Shown one piece after another: positions 1 through 12,534 of a DNA stretch of 64,000 nt. A program made the position numbers and the translations under genes. Position 1 is the first letter of the stretch. The number at the start of each line of letters is the position of its first letter. Source of the stretch: Leucoraja ocellata (taxonomy: Eukaryota); contig JAWMAR010000034.1 of NCBI GenBank assembly GCA_036785375.1, forward strand, positions 10,974,001-11,038,000. Direction: 5' to 3'. The notes beneath the pieces are model-generated. The model had not been told where the DNA came from and ran no database searches. It worked only from the letters and a program-made list of their open reading frames with translations.

Positions 1-635
1 CAACTGGCACTGGTCTGTCTACACAGAAATTTTCAATCAGTCACTGCAAACCTGTACTGTCCCTGCCTGCTTCAAAGTCTCCACTATTGTTCCCGTACCC
101 AGAAAGCCAAGGATTACTGGTCTTAATGACCACAGGCCTGTCGCACTGACCTCTGTAATCATGAAGACCCTTGAAAGACTTGTGCTGGCCCACCTGAAAA
201 ATATCACAACTCCCTGCACTTTGCATATTCGATCAGCAGAGAAGGTTATTGGCTGCAACCTTCCCTCCATTGATGAACTGTACACTGCAAGGGCCAGGAA
301 GCGAGCGGGCAAGATCATCTCTGACCCCTCCCACCCTGGCCACAAACTCTTTGAATCACTTCCCTCTGGAAGGCGACTCCGGACTGTCAAAGCTGCCACA
401 GCCAGACATAAAAACAGCTTTTTTTCCCCACGAGCAGTTGCTCTACTCAATAGCTAAAAGTCTGTAGCCTCCTTGTGCTCTGGTATTTTATTTCATTCTT
501 CACATGTTAAAATTATAATGTTTTATTTTTAATTGTCTACCGTATGTCGTGTTGTTACTTGTGAGCAGAGCACCAAGGCAAATTCCTTGTATGTGTACAT
601 ACTTGACTAAAAAAATGTATTCACATTCAAATTTC
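1..635 (+). mobile_element. Rex1/Babar-clade LINE fragment, internally deleted
   Basis: Encodes ...[38 protein letters not shown] (RT N-terminal part) joined near 210-230 to the C-terminal motif [13 protein letters not shown]...[20 protein letters not shown]...NSFF, followed by an AT-rich 3' UTR. Confidence 0.75.
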
Positions 636-740
636 TATTTATTCCAATGATTTAAATTCAAATCTATAATCTCTGTGTATGTATCTGATGAGTTGCTGCT
701 TGGTTGTGATTCTGATATGTCCCTACATGGGTGGTTTCAG

Positions 741-900
<160 letters not shown>

Positions 901-1099
901 TAAGTACACACTCCACTACACTCCCCTCCCCTCCCCTCCCCTCGCCTGCAGCCCATAGCTACTGCACTCTTCCAACATTCATTCTACAGCTCGGTTACAC
1001 ATGGAGTAAAGCTGCTATTAGACCATTGTAGGTGAAGAACGTTCTCTTGCCCTCGATCTACCTCACTGCTGTCCTTGCACCTATAACATGTGCGTAGCT

Positions 1100-1625
1100 C
1101 CAACACTCTGTAGCACTCTGACACTGTAGCTCTGTGACACTGTAGCACTCTGGCACTGTAGCACTGACACTCTGACACTGTAGCACTGACACTGTAGCAC
1201 TGACACTGTGACACTGTAGCACTCTGGCACTGTGACACTGCAGCACTGTGACACTGTAACACTCTGGCACTGTAGCACTGTGACACTGTAGCACTGTGAC
1301 ACTGTAGCACTGTGACACTGTAGCACTGTGACACTGTAGCACTGTGACACTGTAGCACTCTGGCACTGTAGCACTCTGGCACTGTAGCACTCTGGCACTG
1401 TAGCACTGACACTGTGACACTGTAGCACTCTGGCACTGTGGCATGGAGCACTCTGGCACTGTAGCACTGTGACACTGTAGCACTCTGGCACTGTAGCACT
1501 CTGGCACTGTAGCACTCTGCCACTGTAGCACTGTAGCACTCTGACACTGTAACACTGTAGCACTCTAATGCTTAACACTGTAACAATCTATCGTTGTAAC
1601 ACTGTAGCACTGTAACACTGTAACG
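1100..1625. repeat. Minisatellite of shuffled ~8-bp units (acactgt/agcactct/ggcactgt)
   Basis: Visible tandem array; it generates the spurious SATV/VLQC ORFs. Confidence 0.95.
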
Positions 1626-1626
1626 C

Positions 1627-1994
1627 TGGTCCGGAGGGCAAGGAGCACCGCCACTCCACCTAGGGTCTGCAAGGGGAGGAGTGGTTCTGCTGTCAGTGAC
1701 CGCAGGACTGGTGACGGGATCTAGGGAGTGGACAGGGCCGAAGATGTCCTGGTTGGGTTGCTCTTAGGCCTGGCCAAGCTGGCCATCCGCCAGTCACAGC
1801 GCCAGGCAGAAGAGGGCTCTGCCCGAGCCAGAGGCTTGCCCCTTTACCGGGGCTGTATAGTAGTTATTAGAATATTTGTAACATAGTTGTTTGATGTTTA
1901 TGTAACATGGTGGTGGGAACGTCACCACGGTTTTGGTTATTTTGGTTTTTGTATCGTGTTGAAATTAAATAAATTATATATTTGATACAAAAAA
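1627..1994 (+). mobile_element. Tx1/L1-clade 3' fragment
   Basis: Encodes EDVLVGLLLGLAKLAIRQSQRQAEEG (Tx1-type ORF2 C-terminus), then a T-rich UTR, AATAAA and an A-tail. Confidence 0.6.
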
Positions 1995-2736
1995 CCCACT
2001 AACACTCTGATGCTGTAACACTATTCTACGCTGGTTATTTATCTCCGCACCACTTGTTGTACTTGTGAAAGGCTTCATTGTACACATGTATGGTACAATT
2101 TGACTGAATAGTGTTCAACACAATGTTTGCCACTGTGTCTCTGTGCACTCCTGTAGTGCGAGCTACAGAGTACATGGGCTACAGAGTATTCACCCCCTCC
2201 CCGGGCACTTTCCCTTGCAACCGCAAGAGATGCAACACTTGTCCCTTTACCTCCCCCCTCGACTCCGTTCAAGGACCCAAGCAATCGTTCCAGGTGCGAC
2301 AGAGGTTTACCTGCATCTCTTCCAACCTCATCTATTGCGTCCGCTGCTCTAGATGTCAGCAGATCTATATCGGTGAGACCAAGCGGAGGTTGGGCGATCG
2401 TTTCGCCGAACACCTCCGCTCGGTCCACAATAACCAAGCTGACCTCCCGGTGGCTCAGAACTTCAACTCCCCCTCCCACTCCGTCTCCGACCTCTCTGTC
2501 CTGGGTCTCCTCTATGGCCACAGCGAGCAGCACCGGAAATTGGAGGAACAGCACCTCATATTCAGCTTGGGGAGTCTGCATCCCGGGGGCATGAACATAG
2601 AATTCTCCCAATTTTGTTAGTCCTTGCTGTCTCCTCCCCTTCCTCAGCTCCCCTGCTGTCTCCTCCCACCCCCCAGCCTTCAGGCTACTCCTCCTTTTCC
2701 CTTTCTTGTCCCCACCCACCCCCGTCCCCGATCAGT

Positions 2737-2764
2737 CTGAAGAAGGGTTTCGGCCTGAAACGTT
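2737..2764 (+). ncRNA. Minimal hammerhead ribozyme motif in 5' pLTR
   Basis: CTGAAGA-AGGGTTTCGGCCT-GAAA-CGTT; matches the minimal type I hammerheads known from PLE pLTRs. Confidence 0.75.
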
Positions 2765-2900
2765 GCCTATTTCCTTCGCTCCATAGATGCTGCTGCACCC
2801 GCTGAGTTTCTCCAGCTTTTTTGTGTAACCTTCGATTCTCCAGCATCTGCAGTTCCCTCTTAAACACTGTGTATACTCCACTGCGTTATCTCTTCAAGAT

Positions 2901-5900
2901 ATGCCTACCTTGAAGAAGTTCTCCTCTTCTCTCCGGAGACAGTTTCACAACCTCCTCTCTAACTGTCCCCCATCTGTGATCCCTCCTGCCCTCCAACTGT
3001 ACGACCACATTCTTACCCAGACTCGATACCACAGCCACATCTGCTTCCTCGGGGCCTGCCTGCGCCTCCATCTCATACCCCACGGCTTCCAGCTACAGTT
3101 CCCTACCTCCCAGTTTGGACCGCAACCGGACCATCGGTACCGACTGGCCATCCACCGGCATACCCAGCAATTCTCCAACCGGGCACTGAGATCCACCCTG
3201 GCCGCGATGCGCCGGCACCAGCAGGACCTCACATCAACACTCCCTGAACTTCAGGCCTCACTAACCCAGACCTGCAACGGACCCCAATTATATTTTATCC
3301 GCCGGAAGATCCACCGCTTCAATCAACAATTCCTGGCCCATCTGAACTCCACCAAGGACCTCAAATTATCCCGCCTCCAGGCCTCTCCCGACGCCCCGCA
3401 ACACCCGCAGACTCCGGGCCCCAACTCTGCCCCGCATCGCCTGCCCGAGTCCCGCGACGCCCGCCATCTTGGCCACGAGGAGCGCCCTCAACACTCACCA
3501 GGACGCCGCCTTCACCGACCTCCACGTTGATGCTGCCGCCGACGACCCTCACCTGCCCACCGATGACGCCCAGCCTCGCCGCTACGGTAACTCCGACTTT
3601 CTTCTCCCCGCCGATTCCTCCGACCCTCGCCGCTCTCTGGGACAACCTAGCCTCATCGCCGCACCGGGCCGGGCCTACGCCGCGCCTCACCGGGCCTCCC
3701 CAACAACGCCGCCGGACCCGACCCCGACCCACCGGGCATCGCCGCGGGACCGGGGCTTTCCCAGCATGGCCGCTGCACCGCACCCCGCTCATCTCGTCGC
3801 GTTCCCGGGCTGACCGAGCCTTGCCGCCCCGCCGACCATCCGCCCACCGGGACCTCCCACACATCGCCCGCGGACCCCGACTCAACCGACCATCGACTCC
3901 GAACATCGGGTCCGCTGACCCTTGACCCGCGCCACCGGACTCTCACCATCGGGTCCGCTGACCCTTGACCCGCGCCACTGGACTCTCACCATCGGGTCCG
4001 CTGATCCCCGCCACTCCACCTCCCTCCAACAACCCACAGCCGTCGCCTTACCTGGAGCCTGGACTCTCCACTGGGCCTGAAGCCCTCACGCTGCTTACTC
4101 CCACTCTCCTGGGTTTGACTCCACTGGGTCCTAGTGCCAGTCGACCCAGCCTTGCTCACCTCAGTGGCAGTTCAACTGAGTCTCCTCCCCCCACCCCCTC
4201 TAACTGTAAGTCTCCTCCCCCCACCCCCTCTAACTGTGTGGCCCCTCCTCTTCCCCACCCACACCACAGCCCTCTCACCCCCCCACCCCCTGACCACCCA
4301 CCACCCCCCCACCACACATCGCCTCGTCCCCACCTGCCTTCCTCCGGCCCCAACCCCCATCCCTGTCGAGTGTTCACCATCCCCCCCGACCTCCCCCTCT
4401 CCCAACACCGAACGGTCTGTCCTCAACAGAGGTCTTACCTTTGTCCCCCTCCATCCCCACCTCAATGAATTCCGCGCCCACCACGACTTGGAGCGCTTCT
4501 ACCGTCGCCTCCGCCTCACAGCTTTCTTCCATGGGAAGGAGTCCTCACCCCCCACTGATGACCCCTTTTCCCGTCTCCAACGCACCCCCTCCTCGTGGAA
4601 CCCCCCTCGTGGCCAATTTCCGGCTTTAGAACTTTTTATCAATAACTGCCGTCGCGACGTCAACCGCCTCAACTTCTCCACTCCCGTGTCTCACTCCAAT
4701 CTCTCACCACATGAACGTTCTGCCATCGACTCACTCCGCAACAACCCAGATTTGGTTATCAAACCCGCTGACAAGGGAGGTGCCGTGGTAGTCTGGCGCG
4801 CCGATCAATACAAAGCTGAGGCCACGCGCCAACTATCGGACACCTCCTCCTACTTACCCCTGGACCATGACCCCACTGACGAGCACCAGGCCACCATCTC
4901 CAGCACCATCACCAACTTCATCCACTCCAATGCCCTACCCGACCGAGCCTCCAACCTCATCGTTCCCCAGCCCCGCACAGCCCGATTTTACCTTCTCCCT
5001 AAAATCCACAAACCTGATTGTCCCGGAAGACCCATTGTCTCCGCCTGTTCGTGCCCCACCGAACTCATTTCCAAATACCTTGACTCCATCCTATCACCCT
5101 TGGTTAAATCCCTCCCTACCTATGTTCAAGACACCTCAGACACTCTCCGTCGTCTCCGCGCATTCAATTCTCTAGGCCCTCACCCCCTCATCTTCACCAT
5201 GGACGTCCAATCACTCTACACCTCCATCCCCCACCACGATGGTCTCATAGCCCTCCAGTTCTTCCTCGACCAGAGAAGCAACCTATACCCAGCCACTGAC
5301 ACTCTCCTCCGCCTAGCGGAGCTGGTCCTTACCCTCAATAACTTCACGTTCGACTCCTCCCATTTCCTCCAAATACAAGGCGTAGCTATGGGCACACGCA
5401 TGGGCCCCAGCTATGCCTGCCTATTTGTAGGTTACGTCGAGCAAACCTTGTTCAATACATACCAGGGCCCCATCCCCGACCTCTACCTCCGCTACATCGA
5501 CGACTGCTTTGGTGCCACCTCCTGCACCCGCACACAACTGACTGACTTCATCCACTTCACCACTAACTTCCATCCGGCACTCAAATACACCTGGACCATT
5601 TCCGACACTTCCCTACCATTCCTTGACCTCACTATCTCCATTGCAGGTGATAGACTTCTGACCGACATACACTATAAACCCACTGACTCCCATGGCTATC
5701 TGGACTACACTTCTTCCCAGCCTGCTTCCTGTAAGGACTCCATCCCCTACTCCCAATTCCTCCGTCTACGCCGCATCTGCTCCACGGATGAGGCGTTCCA
5801 CACCAGGACATCTGAAATGTCCTCATTATTCAGGGAACGGGGGTTCCCCTCCTCCACCATAAATGAGGCTCGCACCAGGGTCTCTTCCATACCCCGCAAC

Positions 5901-6556
5901 ACTGCTCTCTCTCCCCATCCCCGCACTCGCAACAAGGGCCGAGTCCCCCTAATCCTCACCTTTCACCCCACCAGCCGTCACATACAAAAAGTAATCCTCC
6001 GTCAGTTTCGCCACCTCCAACGTGATCCCACCACTCGCCACATCTTCCCATCTCCCCCCATATCTGCCTTCCGCAAAGACCGCTCCCTCCATAACTCCCT
6101 TGTCAATTCTTCCCTTCCCTCTCGGTCCACCCCCTCCCCGGGCACTTTCCCTTGCAACCGCAAGAGATGCAACACTTGTCCCTTTACCTCCCCCTCGACT
6201 CCGTTCAAGGACCCAAGCAATCGTTCCAGGTGCGACAGAGGTTTACCTGCATCTCTTCCAACCTCATCTATTGCGTCCGCTGCTCTAGATGTCAGCAGAT
6301 CTATATCGGTGAGACCAAGCGGAGGTTGGGCGATCGTTTCGCCGAACACCTCCGCTCGGTCCGCAATAACCAAGCTGACCTCCCGGTGGCTCAGCACTTC
6401 AACTCCCCCTCCCCCTCCGTCTCCGACCTCTCTGTCCTGGGTCTCCTCCATGGCCACAGCGAGCAGCACCGGAAATTGGAGGAACAGCACCTCATATTCC
6501 GTTTGGGGAGTCTGCATCCCGGGGGCATGAACATCGAATTCTCCCAATTTTGTTAG
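2901..6556 (+). pseudogene. PLE polyprotein (N-terminal domain, Pro-rich linker, RT, GIY-YIG) broken by small frameshifts
   Basis: ORFs 2901-3530, 3965-4468, 4134-6530 and 6152-6556 cover most of one protein. Frameshifts at ~4400 (PPDLPLS/NTERSVL) and 6190-6194 (C5 versus C6 in the other pLTR) lie in C-runs. Confidence 0.8.
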
Positions 6557-6672
6557 TCCTTGCTGTCTCCTCCCCTTCCTCAGCCCCCCTGCTGTCTCCT
6601 CCCATCCCCCAGCCTTCGGGCTCATCCTCCTTTTCCCTTTCTTGTCCCCACCCACCCCCGCCCCCGATCAGT

Positions 6673-6700
6673 CTGAAGAAGGGTTTCGGCCCGAAACGTT
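6673..6700 (+). ncRNA. Minimal hammerhead ribozyme motif in 3' pLTR
   Basis: CTGAAGA-A-GGG(TTTCGG)CCC-GAAA-CG-TT, with a self-complementary ACGT stem III. Confidence 0.8.
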
Positions 6701-7382
6701 GCCTATTTCCTTCGCTCCATAGATGCTGCTGCACCCGCTGAGTTTCTCCAACTTTTTTGTGTAACCTGGGCTACAGAGTACCTGGGCTACAGAGTACATG
6801 TCTAAACCCAGGGGGGAGAGGGTGGTTCAGCAGGGTGGGATACTTGCCTTCATTAGCTGGGATGTCCGTGTACGGACAGGGTAGTTTATGGAGCAACTTC
6901 ACAAAACATTAGTTAGATCTCACTGAAGTATTGTGTTCATTACAGGGGATGATGCCAGGAATGGATTGCTTCAGCTATGAGGAGACATTGGATAGTTTGT
7001 GTTGGTTTTTTTCTGGAGCAGAGATAGCTGGGTGCTGCCCTAATTGAGGTCCACATGATTCAGGCGGAGATGAGATGGGGTCGGGAGTGAGATACTTTCC
7101 CCTGAAGTATTTAGATGCCATGCTAATGGGCCATGCTGTTTAATGCTCCTGGTATAGAGAGTTACTCAGTGGTTAGCATGGAGATGGGCCAAAAGGACTG
7201 TCTAGTGTGTTGCACTTGTAAACACTCCCTGAAAAAGAACTGATAGATCCAAATTTAAGCCCATTCTTAGCCACACTATTGACCAATGTCTATATACGGG
7301 CAAGTCCTTCAATTTGCTGAAGGGCTGGTGTCACAAGTGCTGTGTTTTGGGACTATTTGTTGATGGCTGTTGTTTGTTGCAG

Positions 7383-7552
7383 AGAATATCAACAGATAGC
7401 AAACTGGGAGGTGTTTGCTGGAAGTGAGACCCTGTACTCTGGAGGGGAAATCTATTCTGTCAAGAAAATCATCACAAACGGGAATTATGACCCGATGACC
7501 AGTGACTTTGACATTGCGCTGGTGAAAGTGAGGTCATCTCTGCCCTACACAG
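7383..7552 (+). CDS. TMPRSS4: TMPRSS4-like exon with catalytic Asp (DIALVK)
   Basis: tgcag acceptor and gtgagg donor; phase 2 in, phase 1 out, matching the flanking exons. EYQQIANWEVFAG...SDFDIALVKVRSSLPYT. Confidence 0.9.
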
Positions 7553-7835
7553 GTGAGGCGGGGCTGCATTAACAATGGACCATATGAACATCTGCACTCT
7601 TAACCTCTATCAAGCGAGTGTTACCCTTCTCCAGGGAACCTTTCCCCAAGCACAACCAAATTCATGCTATCTTTCCACAATGTTTATCTTGCTGCCAATA
7701 GTTGATCAACGGTGGGGGTGGGGGGGGGTTCTTGGTGTAGTAAGCATCTACCTTCTGTGGGATTGTGTGCGTTAATTGTCAGTTGAATAGTATAATGGTC
7801 CAAATCATTCGTGTTATCCCAGCCATTATTGAGCT

Positions 7836-8100
7836 TTGGAGATACAGCATGTAAACAGGCCATTCGGCCCACCCAGTCCATGCCGACCGGCGATCCCCGC
7901 ACACCTACACCAGGGACAATTTACAATTTTACCGAAGCCAATTGGCCTACAAACCCGTATGTGTTTGTGGGAGGAAACCAGAACACCTGGAGAAAACCCC
8001 GCAGGTCACAGAGAGAACGTACAAACTCCGAACAGATAGGACCCAAAGTCAGGATCAAACCCATAAGGCAGCAACTCTACCGCTCCACCAACATGCCGCC
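7836..8100 (-). mobile_element. HE1-like tRNA-derived V-SINE
   Basis: The reverse complement reads ggcggcatgttggtggagcggtagagttgctgcc...ggagtttgtacgttctc...; CR1-like tail gggcc...gtttacatgctgtatc. Confidence 0.75.
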
Positions 8101-8593
8101 CCATTTGTGGCAACTAGCGTTTGATCCGAGCCACACTCAATGGGCAGGGAATTGTTCCACACATACTCTCACCGGCCCACGGTGCAGTTGACCGTTGCCT
8201 AGTTACAACATCCATCAGGTCATGGTTCCCCAGACCAAGAGTGGACACATCTAATTACAGAGCTACTGAACCACAACCTGGTTGAGGGTTTAACAGTTTA
8301 AGGAAGCAGCCTAAAGTGTCAATGACACCAATTTATCATTTCAAGTAAAGGAACAGTTTGAACATTCTGTATGAAAGAGGAGCAGAGGGCAAGAGTTTTA
8401 CCTTTTCCCCAAAAAGATGACTACTTTCAAACTGGCCACTTGAATGTTTTGGGATATTTAATATCAATTTGCAATCTCTGTCAGACATTGCCCAACATGT
8501 CACCGCTGTTGAACAAGATGGGCTTCACTGCCATTTATTTTGCTGTGAACACAATTTCTTCTTCTGTATAATTCTTTTCATTTCTTTCCCCAG

Positions 8594-8686
8594 ATTTCAT
8601 CCGTCCAGTTTGTTTACCCAACTATGACATGCCCATTCAGACAGCGAAACCATGGGTCACAGGCTGGGGTTCCTGGAATGAATATG
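8594..8686 (+). CDS. TMPRSS4: TMPRSS4-like exon (IRPVCLP...WVTGWG)
   Basis: Polypyrimidine tract + cag, gtaatg donor. DFIRPVCLPNYDMPIQTAKPWVTGWGSWNEY. No Cys before W-x-x-GWG, as in TMPRSS4 rather than TMPRSS13. Confidence 0.9.
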
Positions 8687-8939
8687 GTAATGATACAGTA
8701 GACTGGTTACTGTTGACTGAGGCAGGGGTAAAAATAACCTGAATACTAAAAATAACTTGAATACAAAAACAGTGATGTAACGCTGGTCACCCTGACCACC
8801 AGTGTAGTCCATGTAGATTCTGCAGATTCTTCCTGTGACTTCCCAAAGCCACACTGATAGCCAATGAGTTGCCCGCTGTAAATTGTCCCTGTGTGGGTGG
8901 GTGGTGGCAGAGTGAGATTAATTTCTTTGACACCTTGGC

Positions 8940-9700
8940 AGGACAAATCAAAATAGGGCGTACATGGTAAATGGTAGGGAATTGAAGAATACAGAGGGAT
9001 CTGGGAATAACCGTGCATAGTTCCTTGAAGGTGGAATCTCATATAGATAGGGTGGTAAAGAAAGCTTTTGGTATGCTAGCCTTTATAAATCAGAGCATTG
9101 AGTATAGAAGCTGGGATGTAATGTTAAAATTGTACAAGGCATTGGTGAGACCAAATCTGGAGTTTGGTGTACAATTTTGGTCGCCCAATTATAGGAAGGA
9201 TGTCAACAAAATAGAGAGTACAGAGGAGATTTACTAGAATGTTGCCTGGGTTTCAACAACTAAGTTACAGAGAAAGGTTGAATAAGTTAGGTCTTTATTC
9301 TCTGGAGCGCAGAAGGTTAAGGGGGACTTGATAGAGGTCTTTAAAATGATGAGAGGGATAGACAGAGTTGATGTGGATCAGCTTTTCCCTTTGAGAATAG
9401 GGAAGATTCAAACAAGAGGACATGACTTCAGAATTAAGGGACAGAAGTTTAGGGGTAACATGAGGGGGAGCTTCTTTACTCAGAGAGTGGTAGCGGTGTG
9501 GAATGAGCTTCCAGTGGAAATGGTGGAGGCAGGTTCGTTGGTATCATTTAAAAATAAATTGGATAGGCATATGGATGAGAAGGGAATGGAGGGTTATGGT
9601 ATGAGTGCAGGCAGGTGGGACTAAGGGAAAAAGGTTGTTCGGCACGGACTTGTAGGGCCGAGATGGCCTGTTTCCGTGCTGTAATTGTTATTTTTTGTTA
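8940..9700 (+). mobile_element. CR1 LINE 3' fragment
   Basis: LYKALVRPNLE...WSP and TRGH...FFTQRVV..WN.LP motifs plus 3' UTR. Confidence 0.92.
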
Positions 9701-10844
9701 TATGGACATATGATGGAGAATAGATGTAAGTGGGGGACTGACGTTGATGGGATTATTTTGACAACAAACAAGACTTGACGAGTTGAACAGTCTACATTGT
9801 GTGAAACATTTTAGCTCCCCAATAATTTCCAGTTATTTCCTATTACATATTTTACACATAAAGCTTAAAAGATATGGAGGTAATGAATAAAAATAAACGT
9901 TACAATGGCAACCTTTCCTCAATGGATTGTAGGAAATGCAACCGAGAAAATCTTCAATAGCATGTCTGTGGCAAATACAGTAATGATGCAGTGTGTAGCA
10001 TGTAGTATACACTATGTGTCATGTACGCATTGTGTAACGTGTGTCATGTATCAGGATACGTGTTGCTACCGCTCTCATTATGATTTGCTAGACCTTTGTG
10101 CAACACAGTTGATTCACTATTTAATGACTATTTCACGAATAGAGGACGCAAACTGCAGTGACTTCTGAGTAAAATCAAAGTCATTTCTGCATTAATTAGA
10201 CTATAGTTAGTTATTTGTGCATAAAGTCAACGTTAGTCACTGGCAGGAAGGTGGCGGCTAAGAAGCATTTCCGCTCCGCCTACAGCGCAGTCAACTTGAG
10301 CGTCTGAAATGACTTGGATAGATTTCCATTCCTTCCTGAGTTGTTAAACACCAAGAATACCATGATAATTGGGCATGTCATGATAACCTGGTCATTCCGT
10401 ATCACTGGCTCTGGGACAAATCTCACAAGGTGACACGTATGGATGAATATCGACATTATTATCATTTCATGCCCTTTTCAAAAATTCCTAATGGCAAATG
10501 AGGTGATTTTAAAGCATATAAATAGCATTATGATGAGGCCAGGTGATGTGGCCTGTGTGATGTGCTATGCTTGAGCAGGCTCAAAGCCACAATGGAACAT
10601 CTCAGTTCTTCCCCAGGGGAGAGGGTGCATTGGTCAGCACCTTGATCTGAGTGCACAGTGCAGCCTCCCTGTGTCACCAGGAGTTGTTTGAGTTGAGTTG
10701 AGTTTATTGTCACGTGTAGCGAGGTAGAGTGAAAAGCTTTTGTAGCGAGTCAGCAGAAAGATATAATGGAGTTCTTGTCTTGGATGGATGGTGTACCCGG
10801 GTGCGGTTCCTGCTCTGACCTTGTGTTTTTATTTTTATACAAAG

Positions 10845-10987
10845 GTGAATTGTCCATCATGCTGCAGCAGGCCAATGTCACAGTAATTAGGCGACCTGTC
10901 TGCAATCAGAGGGCGTTTTACTCTGGAAGGATCACGAAGCAAATGCTGTGTGCAGGTTACCTGGCGGGTGCAGTGGATGCATGTCAG
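10845..10987 (+). CDS. TMPRSS4: TMPRSS4-like exon (MLCAG...DACQ)
   Basis: aaag acceptor and gtacgt donor. GELSIMLQQANVTVIRRPVCN...MLCAGYLAGAVDACQ; the S1-pocket Asp indicates trypsin-like specificity. Confidence 0.92.
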
Positions 10988-11061
10988 GTACGTGTGTCAC
11001 ATGAGTTAACACCTGATTCCCATGTGCATTTGAAGCATTTCTGAGATCTTTTACAAGATTA

Positions 11062-11170
11062 GGGCAGCAGAGTGGCACAGTGGATAAACCTGCTGCCTGA
11101 CAACACCAGAGACCCCAGGTTCGATTCTGACTGTGGGTGCTGTCTGTGTGGGGTTTGCACGCTCTCCCTG
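11062..11170 (+). mobile_element. HE1-like V-SINE 5' part
   Basis: tRNA-like A/B boxes (gtggcacagtgg ... ggttcgattc) followed by the V-domain tgtggggtttgcacgctctccc. Confidence 0.7.
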
Positions 11171-11364
11171 ATGGAATTCTCTTCCTCTGACGTTGAATAT
11201 TTTAAGATGGAGGTTGTCAGATACTTGGGGAGGAAGGTTACCATATGTTTGACAATCGGTATCATCATGATCTGATTAAATGTACAGCCGGTTTGGGCTA
11301 TGTAACTTGTTCTAGTTCCTAATGTGTTCTTGTGTATGCATGCAGAGATGTGTCATCTAACTAA

Positions 11365-11475
11365 GCCTGAAGAAGGCTCAGTCTGAAGAAGGGTTTCGGC
11401 CCGAAACGTCGCCTATTTCCTTCGCTCCATAGATGCTGCTGCACCCGCTGAGTTTCTCCAGCAATTTTGTGTACC
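11365..11475 (+). mobile_element. Short PLE-derived hammerhead element with 14-bp TSD
   Basis: Canonical CTGAAGA...GAAACGTC at 11383-11410. TSD tgtcatctaactaa at 11351-11364 and 11476-11489. Essentially the same 3' end as the full-length PLE. Confidence 0.85.
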
Positions 11476-12534
11476 TGTCATCTAACTAAACTGTTCAAAC
11501 AGTTGATTGAACTTGACATACAATGGAGCAATGTTATGTAATTACCGGTGAAGTCCATATCTCCAAGAGGTCCATGGCCACATCCCAATGTGAAAGGCTT
11601 GCATTCATTTCTCAACAGAGAAGCTATTTATGGTCTCCAATCACCTTCCACTCTTGCCCTTTGTTTCCCAACTCCTTCTTGGAGAATCAGTAGAGAGTCA
11701 AGACTATTTTATTGTCGTATGTACCAAAACTGAACAATGAAATTCATACAAGCATCAGCACAACAGAATTGTAAACGCCTTGTGTAGGAAAGAACTGCAG
11801 ATGCTGGTTTAAATCGAAGGTAGACACAAAATGCTGGAGTAACACAGCAGAACAGGCAGCATCTCTGGAGAGAAGAAATCGAGATCCTTCTTCAGATTTG
11901 TAAACGCAGTTCTCAATAGATAATATAATACACAAACTGAAAAACGTTCCCTAAACGAAAAAGCCCAAAACAGTGGAAATAACCAAAACCAAGCCTGAAG
12001 TAGGCTCGAAGGGCCGAATGGCCTACTCCTGCAACTATTGTCTATTGTCTATTTCTTCCTGGCCCCTTATTCTACATTTGTACCCCCACCCCAATCCAAC
12101 ATGGACTCCTTTGTTTCCCTATCAAACCTCTTTGTGATTTTAAAGGTTGACGGGTCACCCCTGAGCATTTGGCCGTTATTTCTCAACCAGTTCACAAGTT
12201 GCTTTTCCCTCTTACCAAAAAGCAGCAGATCAGAAAGTTAACTAGATAACCACATATTTTACATAAGTTGGGACTTGTTTTCACAGTCTGTCGATATTTT
12301 TATGGCAGGGGTTGATCGAAAGGGGGATGAGAGGGTGAAATGCCACCTTGCTGGATATATATATATATATTTTATATATATATAAAAATGCAGACTTCAC
12401 ACAGTCATACCCACTTTTCTTTCAGCCCATTGTGTATGTAAAGAACCGCTTCCCACTGCTTTGTCCTGCTGACTCTACGCTAAAATGTACTTTTTGAGTG
12501 AGGCCATCAGTTTGCACAGGGCTTCAACAGTATA

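Larger units (their letters stand above)
2189..6766 (+). mobile_element. Near full-length Penelope-like element (Neptune-type) with direct pseudo-LTRs
   Basis: ~640-bp direct repeats at 2191-2830 and 6128-6766. N-terminal ORF from 2901; RT (KPADKG, GVAMG, YLRYIDD) at ~4400-6190; Cys-rich linker and GIY-YIG endonuclease (LIY...YIGET...RFAEH) to 6556. Flanked by tgggctacagagta at 2175-2188 and 6767-6780. Confidence 0.95.

Noticed and set aside
984-1578. Cys-rich repetitive ORFs (SATV/VLQC)
   Set aside because: Translations of an intronic minisatellite, open in all three minus frames.
2111-2620. Stand-alone GIY-YIG nuclease gene
   Set aside because: It is the endonuclease-coding part of the PLE 5' pseudo-LTR, fused to flanking sequence.
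11062-11135. tRNA gene
   Set aside because: The A/B boxes belong to the tRNA-derived head of a V-SINE; no complete cloverleaf is seen.
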